This document shows positions 25,201-34,988 of a stretch of 57,061 nt of DNA, one piece after another. Position 1 is the first letter of the stretch, and each line of letters opens with the position of its first letter. The notes under the pieces were generated by a model. It searched no databases, was not told the origin of the DNA, and saw nothing but the letters and a program-made list of their open reading frames with translations. Location of the stretch: assembly GCA_030141605.1 (NCBI GenBank), contig JAQGDQ010001182.1, forward strand, positions 1-57,061, in the 5' to 3' direction. The translations under genes and the position numbers were made by a program. This DNA is from Tubiluchus corallicola (lineage: Eukaryota; Animalia; Priapulida).

Positions 25201-28200
25201 CGTTTTCAAGGTAACGTGTTTTTGTATGTACAGACTTGTTTGTTTCCCTGGCATAAGTTTACAGAGTGCAAGTTTGATTGTGGTGTGAATCTGATCTGTT
25301 TATTTACATTTTAGTTCTTTTGTGACTTGAATTGTCAATCAGTTTTGCTCTTTTGTAATGAGTTCCATTGGCGGCTCATGTAGGTACTGTGGAATTGCAG
25401 CATGCCCTATTTTCACTCAGGATTGTTGATAATAGTATAATCTCTTTTTTCTTTAGTTCTTTCTTCATACTTGTACAGTCCAGAACACGTGAGGGTAGTA
25501 CTGTTAGCTTCACTGTCACAGTTCAAGAAACTCAGCGTTTGGCTGCTGTGCGCATGCGGTCATAAGACATAAGATAACACACTGTACTTTAGGTAGAAAG
25601 AGTACTGTCGCTCACTGCAGTACATGTTGTCAGTTGTCACGTGCTTGAAAGCCGCGTATCGGTATATTCTTGAACTGTGCAATTTAGGCTGTTCGTAAGC
25701 AAACAATATCTTTCATTTAGGATTTTATCAAGTTTAGGTATACATTTTTGTATGTTTGGTTACAATTACAATTACAAATTACAACGTTAAAATTACATAT
25801 CTTTGTTTCGCTTTACACAGTATTAAAACAACGGCTAAAATTTTTCTGAAGCAGCACCCCCGCTAATTTTAGCTACGAACTGCCACTGATTAGTTAATTT
25901 GTTTCTAAGCTTTTTCCCCGTCTTTCAAAAATCCATTAATTGTTTGAAATAATTAGTCTGATTTTTGATTAGCTTTTTTAATTTTCCAGGCTCGTTGGGG
26001 TGAATTGGTCAGTGCTGGAATGACCAAAGTGAAACAAAGTCTATTGGCCAGTATCACTCCTTCTGATTCAAACTTGCATTGTGAGTGGACAGTTCTAGAA
26101 GACTTTCTTTCCAACCCCAATCCCAGGTAAATACATTTTTAAGCGCTTTTGTCAACTAGGCTGAGACGATTAACCATTTGACCGATCGCTAACTAGTGTA
26201 ATCGTTTAGAAAATCACTAACTGTTTAACCATTATCTAGCCAAGTCTTTTACTTATCCATGTTAATGAAACCTTGTATCTTTTCTCAGTTGGCGTACACA
26301 GTTAGCAATGTTTCGCTTATATGAAATTGTACTGTTTACAACATTGTTTCAATTAATCTGGTTGTCTAAGAAGCATCTAAATCGTAAATTGCAAAAAAAT
26401 TTTCACTTGTGTATGTTACAAAGATGCCGCCATGTTGGACATTCTCGTTGGTGCATGCTAGATTTGAACCACACCATTTACTCATGCAAGTCATGTGTAG
26501 TCGATATTTTCTTATATGTATGACGTCATCGGAAAAGGTTAAACATTTAACCGAACGCAATTAATAATGGATAAATGGTTAGTTAAAAAACCCAACCATC
26601 TCAACTCTATTGCCAACCCCATCCCCAGGTACATGCCGAGTTTTTGTTTATTGGATGCCAAAAGATGTAGTGTATTCACTATGAAAACTGATCAGTGATA
26701 AAAACCATCAACTTGTGAATTTCTAAAAACTGAACGTCAAATATATTCAATATGTTGTAATCACTTCTTATTTTATGTTACTAGGAACCGACCCGATCCA
26801 GAGATGGTAAGAGCTTTAAAAGAGCGACCTGGAATCAGATACAGCTTTGTCTGCAGTGCTCTACTTAGCATTTGTAGTTGTCAGGATTCTGATAGGTAGG
26901 CGGGGGGTCAGTGGCATAGCGTGGGGGTGTGGATGATAATACTTAATTATCTATATGTGTGTTTGTTTTGACTGACAGTACAGTCCGCAATCATAAAGAT
27001 ATTTCCAGAATTTCCAGAAATATTTCCACACGCTTGTGGGATGACTCAAGCCGAAATTGAAAATACTTGTTTAAAGGTGTCCGGGACTGTTCCCAAAAGA
27101 ATCATTCTAGAACTGATTTTCCTAGTTATCCCCAGCTTCCCGTGCTAATTCATTTCCTTTTTAATTTCAGATTAAATGACATCTCTGTACTGTGTGCTGA
27201 GCTGACAGCGTGCTGTAGTTGTCTGAGTTCTGAATGGTTAGGCGTGCTAAAAGCTCTCTGCTGTTCATCTGACAATGCTTGCGGGTTCCACGATCTTCTC
27301 ATCAAAATTGAGGTGTGTACCACTCTATATAAACTGCATACCGAATTATTACATCATTACTACCTTAAAGTCTTATCATCACAAGACTTTCTCGTTCAAG
27401 AAGTGTGTGTCTAATTACCAGTAAAAAAATTTCCGGCTTCGTAAAATGTGTATAGGTTTGTGTCCAAAAATGGCCTCGGCAGATGGAATCTCATTTTTAT
27501 GATAAAGATCAACTCTAACGATGTGCTAATAAGTATCATTATTTTATTGAACATTATTGATATGTTAAAAAGTGTCACCATTTTACTGAGTCGTGATGAT
27601 ATGCTAAAAAAGTCACCATTTTACTGAGTCGTGATGATATGCTAAAAATGTCACCATTTTACTGAGTCGTGATGATATGCTAAAAATGTCACCATTTTAC
27701 TGAGTCGTGATGATATGCTAAAAAAGTCACCATTTTACTGAGTCGTGATGATATGCTAAAAATGTCACCATTTTACTGAGTCGTGATGATATGCTAAAAA
27801 TGTCACCATTTTACTGAGTCGTGATGATATGCTAAAAATGTCACCATTTTACTGAGTCGTGATGATATGCTAAAAATGTCACCATTTTACTGAGTAGTAA
27901 TGATATGCTAAAAAAGTGTCACCATTGTACTGAGTAGTAATGATATGCTAAAAAAGTCACCATTGTACTGAGTAGTAATGATATGCTAAAAAAGTCACCA
28001 TTTTACTGAATAGTAATGATATGTTAAAAAGTGTCACCATTGTACTGAGTAGTAATGATATGTTAAAAAGTGTCACCATTGTACTGAGTAGTAATGATAT
28101 GCTAAAAAAGTCACCATTTTACTGAGTAGTAATGATATGTTAAAAAGTGTCACCATTTTACTGAGTAGTAATGATATGTTAAAAAGTGTCACCATTGTAC

Positions 28201-28721
28201 TGAGTAGTAATGATATGCTAAAAAAGTCACCATTTTACTGAGTAGTAATGATATGTTAAAAAGTGTCACCATTGTACTGAGTAGTAATGATATGTTAAAA
28301 AGTGTCACCATTGTACTGAGTCGTGATGATATGTTAAAAAGTGTCACCATTGTACTGAGTAGTAATGATATGCTAAAAAAGTCACCATTGTACTGAGTAG
28401 TAATGATATGTTAAAAAGTGTCACTATTTTACTGAGTCGTAATGTTGTAGAAAAACTATCATTTTATTGCATTATTACTGCTGATTTTTGTTATATCATA
28501 ACAGAAGTTTTTTGTGCAGGCAGTAAGAATTTCATAAACTAGTGAGAGCATGAAACAGCTAAACACTTTTAAACAGAATTTATTGCCACGTGTTTTTCAG
28601 GTGGCCGACATGTCAATACACGATGCCTTGGCGGTTTTTACCTCCATTCTTGTAGCTCGACATTGTTTGTCATTGGAAGACATTGTTTTTCACGTGGCTA
28701 TGCCGTCGCTACTGGCAACGA
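5559..28721 (+). CDS. MED12: Mediator complex subunit 12, partial: 18 internal exons, ~855 aa; no start codon and no C-terminal half in the window
   Basis: GT-AG exons joined in frame by hand: 5559-5701, 5871-6028, 8095-8195, 8540-8639, 9928-10064, 13617-13748, 15442-15544, 16532-16740, 20556-20709, 21040-21292, 21621-21717, 22442-22633, 24163-24329, 24988-25096, 25990-26126, 26785-26895, 27171-27312, 28601-28721. Peptides [88 protein letters not shown] and [16 protein letters not shown] match recalled MED12/kohtalo sequence. Confidence 0.95.
6021..7110 (+). repeat. 26-bp minisatellite, ~40 copies, derived from the exon/intron junction
   Basis: Unit AGCAGAACCTAGGTAACATGTCATCT; the first copy overlaps the real donor AACCTAG|GTAATG at 6028/6029. 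Mirror ~49953-51041. Confidence 0.93.
7256..8030. repeat. 34-bp minisatellite, ~23 copies
   Basis: Unit GTGAAACAAGTGATGTCACGATGTGGTGGTGTTG; mirror ~49033-49807. Confidence 0.93.
8800..9000 (-). mobile_element. Possible 3' end of a non-LTR retroelement
   Basis: Minus strand ends with a GC-richer stem (GGGATGGC...GCCATCCC), then an AATAAA-like signal and an (ATT)n tail. Family not determined. Confidence 0.4.
9625..9790. repeat. Two-copy ~80-bp tandem duplication
   Basis: TTTATTTCCATTTTTCACATTTAGTTAGCGTGCATTAAA...AATTTATTATAGTGGA occurs twice in tandem. Confidence 0.85.
10570..13487. repeat. 73-bp minisatellite, ~40 copies
   Basis: Unit TGTATAAACGGGGGTTTAGTAATAATGAGTTTCCTAGCAACCATACATGATTACTAAAGTTTTATTATCACCT; mirror ~43574-46491. 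Confidence 0.97.
13617..13748 (+). CDS. MED12: MED12 exon carrying the LCEWAV motif
   Basis: TTAG|CCT...GAC|GTAC; encodes [44 protein letters not shown]. Confidence 0.95.
14019..14449. mobile_element. Non-autonomous DNA transposon (hAT-like MITE) with 6-bp TSD
   Basis: Imperfect TIRs CAGAGTTTCCAC / GTGGGAACCCTG, flanking direct repeat TAAGGT, repeated internal GTCAGGGAAA motifs; mirror 42612-43042. Confidence 0.75.
14600..15245 (+). mobile_element. 5'-truncated non-LTR retrotransposon (ORF2 C-terminal zinc-knuckle region plus 3' UTR)
   Basis: ORF 14691-15038 [39 protein letters not shown] resembles the CCHC tail of LINE ORF2; ends in AATAAA. The mirror copy (~41816-42461) has a CAG->TAG stop. 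Confidence 0.75.
15069..15226. repeat. 27-bp tandem repeat, ~6 copies, in the LINE 3' UTR
   Basis: Unit ATTGATCGGCCTTGCTGACCTGTTCAT. Confidence 0.93.
15568..16239. mobile_element. hAT-type MITE
   Basis: Perfect 13-bp TIRs CAGGAATGTTACC / GGTAACATTCCTG, perfect 8-bp TSD CACTCAAG, subterminal AACCGAAA motifs; mirror 40822-41493. Confidence 0.88.
16347..16504. repeat. ~30-bp inverted repeat with (TA)/(TG) microsatellite loop
   Basis: AAAAAATTTAACTCAAAACAACTTCGTATA ... TATACGAAGTTGTTTTGAGTTGAATTTTTT; mirror 40557-40714. Confidence 0.85.
16851..17348 (-). mobile_element. Non-autonomous Helitron
   Basis: On the minus strand: 5' TC, 3' CTAG, inserted between A and T, with hairpin CGCAAAATCTTTTGCG ~10 nt before the CTAG. 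Confidence 0.8.
17438..18115. mobile_element. Tc1/mariner (pogo/Tigger-like) MITE
   Basis: Imperfect TIRs TAGTAAGTCCTCGCTCAACG / CGTTAAGCGAGGATTTATTG, TA on both flanks, subterminal CGTTAA(G/A)CGA repeats; mirror 38945-39623. Confidence 0.75.
19021..20457. repeat. 24-bp minisatellite, ~60 copies
   Basis: Unit TTTATCAACCTGCTTACCATCGTC; source of the 495/516-aa ORFs. Mirror ~36594-38030. Confidence 0.97.
22063..22320. repeat. Compound trinucleotide microsatellite ATT-ACT-GCT-GCC-ACC-GCT-ACT-ATT
   Basis: Read directly from the sequence; mirror ~34731-34988. Confidence 0.95.
22817..23218. mobile_element. GC-rich SINE/non-LTR-derived insertion (RTE-related by impression) with 13-bp TSD
   Basis: TSD GCATCTTCAGTGT at 22804-22816 and 23219-23231; (GTT)n/(CAA)n at one end. 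The mirror copy 33797-34233 is 35 bp longer. Confidence 0.8.
23658..23990 (-). mobile_element. Possible LINE 3' UTR fragment
   Basis: Stem GGGGTACTC...GAGTACCCC followed on the minus strand by a (TAAA)n-like tail; 5' boundary uncertain. Confidence 0.45.
25073..25224 (+). repeat. 38-bp x4 tandem repeat of exon end plus splice donor
   Basis: Unit TATACATCTC(A/G)GGGCGTTGTCAAG|GTAAC(A/G)TGTTTTTG; mirror 31791-31942. Confidence 0.92.
26157..26609. mobile_element. Degenerate hAT-like MITE
   Basis: Imperfect TIRs TAGGCTGAGACGATT / AACCATCTCAACTCTA, near-identical 8-bp flanks TTGTCAAC / TTGCCAAC, internal TTAACC motifs; mirror 30406-30858. Confidence 0.6.
27558..28445. repeat. 38-40-bp minisatellite, ~23 copies, in the spacer
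   Basis: Unit GTCACCATTTTACTGAGTCGTGATGATATGCTAAAAAT with variants (AGTAGTAATG). Confidence 0.93.
28601..28721 (+). CDS. MED12: Last visible MED12 exon, single-copy in the spacer
   Basis: TTTCAG|GTG...ACGA|GTAAGT; encodes [40 protein letters not shown], in phase with the previous exon. Confidence 0.9.
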
Positions 28722-29044
28722 GTAAGTTCTTCATTACGCAAGCATTTATACTGAATAAATAACTAGGTTTTAAGCCATTTATTAATTAGTCTAAGCTATG
28801 TTTGTGACATCTGTAGATTGCTGTTTTTATTCTTTAACTATTAACTTTAATTTTCTGAATTCTATATTAAACAAACTGGTTATTTTTCTGTAGATGTTAT
28901 GATTAATTGATTTTGCCATGTTTAAGGAGCTGACCTGTTAAATTTAAAACAAAATCTGAAAATTTAACATTTTTCTTGTTTCAAGCCAATTTTAATACTG
29001 GCACATAAAAACATTTATAGTTAAAAACTACACAAATTGATTAA

Positions 29045-29530
29045 AACTTTATTAAAAACTTTTCCATTAAAAAGTTAAAAGTTAAAATCATGCCAAACAG
29101 CATTAGCTACTCGAAACATTTGGCGTTTTAACTTTTTTACAGAAAAGTTTTTAATGAAGTTTTGTTTTTTTAACTATGAAATTAAAATAAACCAATTTAA
29201 ACTTTTACATTCAAAAGTTAAAGTTAACATAACTAGTGCTTTAATTGATGTATCAATTTCTTTACTGATCTGTTTATTCATTACCTATTTGGCTTTTGTA
29301 AATACATAATTAGTGCATAAGTTACTGTATCAATTTCTTTACTGGTCTGTTTATTCATTGCCTATTTGGCTTCTGTTAACTACTTAATTAGTGCATAATG
29401 GGTTCTGCCCATACAAACTGGTTGTAAGTTTGTAAATTTACCACTGATGACGACAGCAGCAGCAGCAAGCCGAAATGTTTGGCATTACTTTAACTTTTAA
29501 CTTTTTAATGTAAAACTTTTAATAAAATTG
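29045..29530. repeat. Fold-back cluster: ~50-bp motif in alternating orientations plus a ~78-bp tandem duplication
   Basis: TTATTAAAAACTTTTCCATTAAAAAGTTAAAAGTTAAAATCATGCCAAACA (~29049-29099) is inverted at ~29476-29527; partial copies at ~29115-29160 and ~29200-29230. Confidence 0.75.
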
Positions 29531-29702
29531 TTCATAAATAATTAAAACAATGTTCGAAGTTTGCTACTTAGTCAGACTTAACCGAGATTTCTGTCAAATT
29601 TATTTTATAAAATATAGCAGCCCAATCACACTAGTAATTACAAATCTATACAATTGTGAAGTTTCCTAGATCGGTATGCAGTTTATATAGAGTGGTACAC
29701 AC

Positions 29703-32700
29703 CTCAATTTTGATGAGAAGATCGTGGAACCCGCAAGCATTGTCAGATGAACAGCAGAGAGCTTTTAGCACGCCTAACCATTCAGAACTCAGACAACTAC
29801 AGCACGCTGTCAGCTCAGCACACAGTACAGAGATGTCATTTAATCTGAAATTAAAAAGGAAATGAATTAGCACGGGAAGCTGGGGATAACTAGGAAAATC
29901 AGTTCTAGAATGATTCTTTTGGGAACAGTCCCGGACACCATTAAACAAGTATTTTCAATTTCGGCTTGAGTCATCCCACAAGCGTGTGGAAATATTTCTG
30001 GAAATTCTGGAAATATCTTTATGATTGCGGACTGTACTGTCAGTCAAAACAAACACACATATAGATAATTAAGTATTATCATCCACACCCCCACGCTATG
30101 CCACTGACCCCCCGCCTACCTATCAGAATCCTGACAACTACAAATGCTAAGTAGAGCACTGCAGACAAAGCTGTATCTGATTCCAGGTCGCTCTTTTAAA
30201 GCTCTTACCATCTCTGGATCGGGTCGGTTCCTAGTAACATAAAATAAGAAGTGATTACAACATATTGAATATATTTGACGTTCAGTTTTTAGAAATTCAC
30301 AAGTTGATGGTTTTTATCACTGATCAGTTTTCATAGTGAATACACTACATCTTTTGGCATCCAATAAACAAAAACTCGGCATGTACCTGGGGATGGGGTT
30401 GGCAATAGAGTTGAGATGGTTGGGTTTTTTAACTAACCATTTATCCATTATTAATTGCGTTCGGTTAAATGTTTAACCTTTTCCGATGACGTCATACATA
30501 TAAGAAAATATCGACTACACATGACTTGCATGAGTAAATGGTGTGGTTCAAATCTAGCATGCACCAACGAGAATGTCCAACATGGCGGCATCTTTGTAAC
30601 ATACACAAGTGAAAATTTTTTTGCAATTTACGATTTAGATGCTTCTTAGACAACCAGATTAATTGAAACAATGTTGTAAACAGTACAATTTCATATAAGC
30701 GAAACATTGCTAACTGTGTACGCCAACTGAGAAAAGATACAAGGTTTCATTAACATGGATAAGTAAAAGACTTGGCTAGATAATGGTTAAACAGTTAGTG
30801 ATTTTCTAAACGATTACACTAGTTAGCGATCGGTCAAATGGTTAATCGTCTCAGCCTAGTTGACAAAAGCGCTTAAAAATGTATTTACCTGGGATTGGGG
30901 TTGGAAAGAAAGTCTTCTAGAACTGTCCACTCACAATGCAAGTTTGAATCAGAAGGAGTGATACTGGCCAATAGACTTTGTTTCACTTTGGTCATTCCAG
31001 CACTGACCAATTCACCCCAACGAGCCTGGAAAATTAAAAAAGCTAATCAAAAATCAGACTAATTATTTCAAACAATTAATGGATTTTTGAAAGACGGGGA
31101 AAAAGCTTAGAAACAAATTAACTAATCAGTGGCAGTTCGTAGCTAAAATTAGCGGGGGTGCTGCTTCAGAAAAATTTTAGCCGTTGTTTTAATACTGTGT
31201 AAAGCGAAACAAAGATATGTAATTTTAACGTTGTAATTTGTAATTGTAATTGTAACCAAACATACAAAAATGTATACCTAAACTTGATAAAATCCTAAAT
31301 GAAAGATATTGTTTGCTTACGAACAGCCTAAATTGCACAGTTCAAGAATATACCGATACGCGGCTTTCAAGCACGTGACAACTGACAACATGTACTGCAG
31401 TGAGCGACAGTACTCTTTCTACCTAAAGTACAGTGTGTTATCTTATGTCTTATGACCGCATGCGCACAGCAGCCAAACGCTGAGTTTCTTGAACTGTGAC
31501 AGTGAAGCTAACAGTACTACCCTCACGTGTTCTGGACTGTACAAGTATGAAGAAAGAACTAAAGAAAAAAGAGATTATACTATTATCAACAATCCTGAGT
31601 GAAAATAGGGCATGCTGCAATTCCACAGTACCTACATGAGCCGCCAATGGAACTCATTACAAAAGAGCAAAACTGATTGACAATTCAAGTCACAAAAGAA
31701 CTAAAATGTAAATAAACAGATCAGATTCACACCACAATCAAACTTGCACTCTGTAAACTTATGCCAGGGAAACAAACAAGTCTGTACATACAAAAACACG
31801 TTACCTTGAAAACGCCCTGAGATGTATACAAAAACACGTTACCTTGAAAACGCCCTGAGATGTATACAAAAACACGTTACCTTGACAACGCCCCGAGATG
31901 TATACAAAAACACGTTACCTTGACAACGCCCTGAGATGTATATAAGTCATAGACATAAGCAAGAATGCATCTTTCAGCTGAAGTACAGTCTAGCGGATTC
32001 GACACGTAATGGACAACATTAATTAACCTGGAAAACATAAACATACCAGTCACTTGTAGAAGAATTACCATACAAATAAAGCCATGCAAACACAGGACTA
32101 TGAAAGCTAGGTCTTGGATGGTGGGCTTAGTTAACGTGGGAGGTTCGATGGGGCTGTATGTATCCTCCCAAGAGAAGTGTGGCAAACAAAATGGCCTACA
32201 ATGAGTATTAAATTCAGTGGATATCCATTCGTTTACCAGCCAGGCTAGTCATTGCTTAACTTTGGTTGTTTTGGTAACCTTGGTTATGGTTTTCATGATT
32301 GACGACTATGCCAAACGATCACTAATGGTAAATGTACAGTACACGGAGGCCTAATTCATAAGAAATGAATATTTTTCCCTAAAGAATTTCAATATTTAAA
32401 GCTTTAAATAACTTAACAACAAATGTTCAATAAAAAGAAATAGAAATTAATGATTTTATAAGTTCTTTTATGTGCATGAAAATTTGGTTTGATGCAAGTT
32501 GAAATTCAGCAAGGATGCGCAATTTCGGCAGTTTTGTCGAAAAGACGAGCTGCTATGTCTCTTAGATGAGTAACAGAAATTCTGATTATGTACGTTACCT
32601 TTATATGTCTATATAAAAAAGCTTTCGACTCGCTTTACTCAGTAATACCTACAACACACTTTACATAGATAAACAAGAGACTTACGCTTCAAACGTGATA

Positions 32701-34838
32701 AGTATTTGCTCTTGGTCCTGGACAAGAAGCCAAGCATGGTACTTGCGAAACACTGCGACGCAATGCAGACATAACGACGTCGGATACTGTTTAGCTAACT
32801 GCTTTGCACGGCTGTCCAACTGACCCGAAACTGCAGGTATCATTTTCAACAACTGAAATACATGTGCAACACATACAGTATAGCATTTAGTATAGTACAT
32901 ACATACAGTATAGCATTTAATATAGTACATAGTACTTAGTACATTATCTATAAATAACTTCAAAAGAAATTTCAAAAGTGAAATCTTTTCTAATTATACA
33001 GAATAAATCAATTTGATTAATTACACTGCTGTCCCTGTCGGAATCCATTGCGTTGCTGTCTATGTCAATTTTTTCATTTCTATAGTTCATGTTACTTCAT
33101 ACAGATACCATCACATCTTTCTCTTTCTTTCTATTCTCTATTAACCTTTCTTTCTACTCCTTTAGTGCTCTTTTCTATTACACTCAGTCCACATTCATTT
33201 GGGGTACTCTAAACAAGTAATTACTTCTTGAGTACCCCACGGGTCATTTGCGACTTGGCATCTTGTGAACATAATAATAAATATAGTATTAAATAATTTT
33301 ATGTACAATGCTGTAATGATCATTGTGGATATATTTAATAAATAATAAATAAATAAATTCAGCTAATTGCTTTGCATGGCTGTCCAACTGACCAGAGGTT
33401 GGTGACTATTAGGTACCTAACTAAAGTACACAATATGTAACCAATTAAAGTGACAGGCCATTTGAAGGTAAAATATACATGCAACTCAAAAAATAACACA
33501 GAAAGTCTGTGGTTTTTCTATAGAAAGAAATTTGGCGGTTCCCATCTTAAAAATGAGAAAGATTTGGAATACGACCTGTATATTAACAGTGGTTAGTATT
33601 AACATTGACGGCTTACAACATTAGCTAATTTCTTATTTGTTCATCTGCTTCTTCATTGTCAATAAAATGATCGCTAAGGCATATGCATCAGCAGTCATAG
33701 GGAGGTCACTTTTCTGCTAGATTAAGTGGCGTTTATGTAGGATCCCGATGTGGATACGGATACGTTTTTGTTACTTATTGTTTACACTGAAGATGCCCAC
33801 ACTGTATCTCGACACTAGGCGGAGGAGCTGCACAAGCAGCCAACGGCTAGAGGGCGGAGGAGCTCAAGTGATCCAACGGCCATGTGTAGAGGAGTAAACC
33901 TTCCAAATCAGGAGTGGAGCCCCGAAGACGAACCAGTGCAGCATGCTCACTGACTCCGGCAGCTCCTGCAGCCAACCTGGTGCCAAACGTAACACTCCGC
34001 TTTCCTTTAGACTACACCAGGGAGGAAGAGAAGGGGTTCCTGTTATCTGGGCAGCTCAGGATCTCCATACCCCTTGCCCAGGCGTGCGCCCTGGAGACGT
34101 TCAAGGATCGCACTGCTCAGCCACAGTCGACGCTGCAGCTCCATCAATGTGATTAATAACTGACTCTCTTGGTGCACACTCCATTGTCTTCCGAGACAGA
34201 AGGATACCAACAACAACAACAACAACAACAACAACACTGAAGATGCAACCTGTAATTGGGCTGTGGAAAATCTATTATATAGCAAAAACAAAAAGCAGAA
34301 CTTTGTCTAGCACATCTATGTTTAAGTCTATAAAAAAGTACAATCTTTGTTTGACTAATGCATAGAAACTCACTTTCACGTTGACCAAATTGATACGATA
34401 GAAAAAAATTCACGAACCTGATTGCAAAATTCTAGCAAACCGTTCACGTTTAGTGCGTGTTCCATCAGGTCGAACAGGAAACCGATGTTCTCCACGACCG
34501 GAAGATAATTTGATTCGTAATTCGCGTCAGTGGCAAATGAATTCAGCAATTCCAGAACATGAGAAGCACAACTGTTTGTGACTTGATGCTGATCAAAGTA
34601 CGAAAGAGTCTGAAAAATAAAATATCTGAGTTTTGAGAGAGTTTAAGACGAGCGAACTTCCAGTTTATTCTAAAGTTCTTATTTCTTACTCTCAGTGTTA
34701 CTGAAACATATACTTGCACAAAGCAAATTTAATAATAATAGTAGTAGTAGTAGTAGTGGTAGTAGTAGTAGTAGTAGTAGCAGCAGCAACAGCAGTAGTG
34801 GTGGTGGTGGTGGCGGCGGCGGCGGCGGCAGCGGCGGC

Positions 34839-34879
<41 letters not shown>

Positions 34880-34922
34880 CAGTAGTAATAATAATAGTAA
34901 TAATAATAATAATAATAATAAC

Positions 34923-34988
<66 letters not shown>

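Larger units (their letters stand above)
1..27344 (+). repeat. Left arm of giant inverted repeat (palindrome)
   Basis: Reverse complement of 29671-57061. ORF pairs mirror with near-constant coordinate sums (57062, 57061, 57051, 57015). Pairing ends at ...GCATACCGA(27344) / (29671)TCGGTATGC. Confidence 0.98.
27345..29670. other. Unique spacer (loop) of the palindrome
   Basis: No mirror counterpart. Contains a 38-bp array, one extra MED12 exon (28601-28721) and a small fold-back motif cluster. Confidence 0.93.

Noticed and set aside
16519-27414. Short ORFs such as 16519-16806, 20574-20789, 21114-21302, 22502-22897, 24040-24333, 24830-25138 and 27067-27414 as separate genes
   Set aside because: Each is a MED12 exon plus flanking intron read-through.
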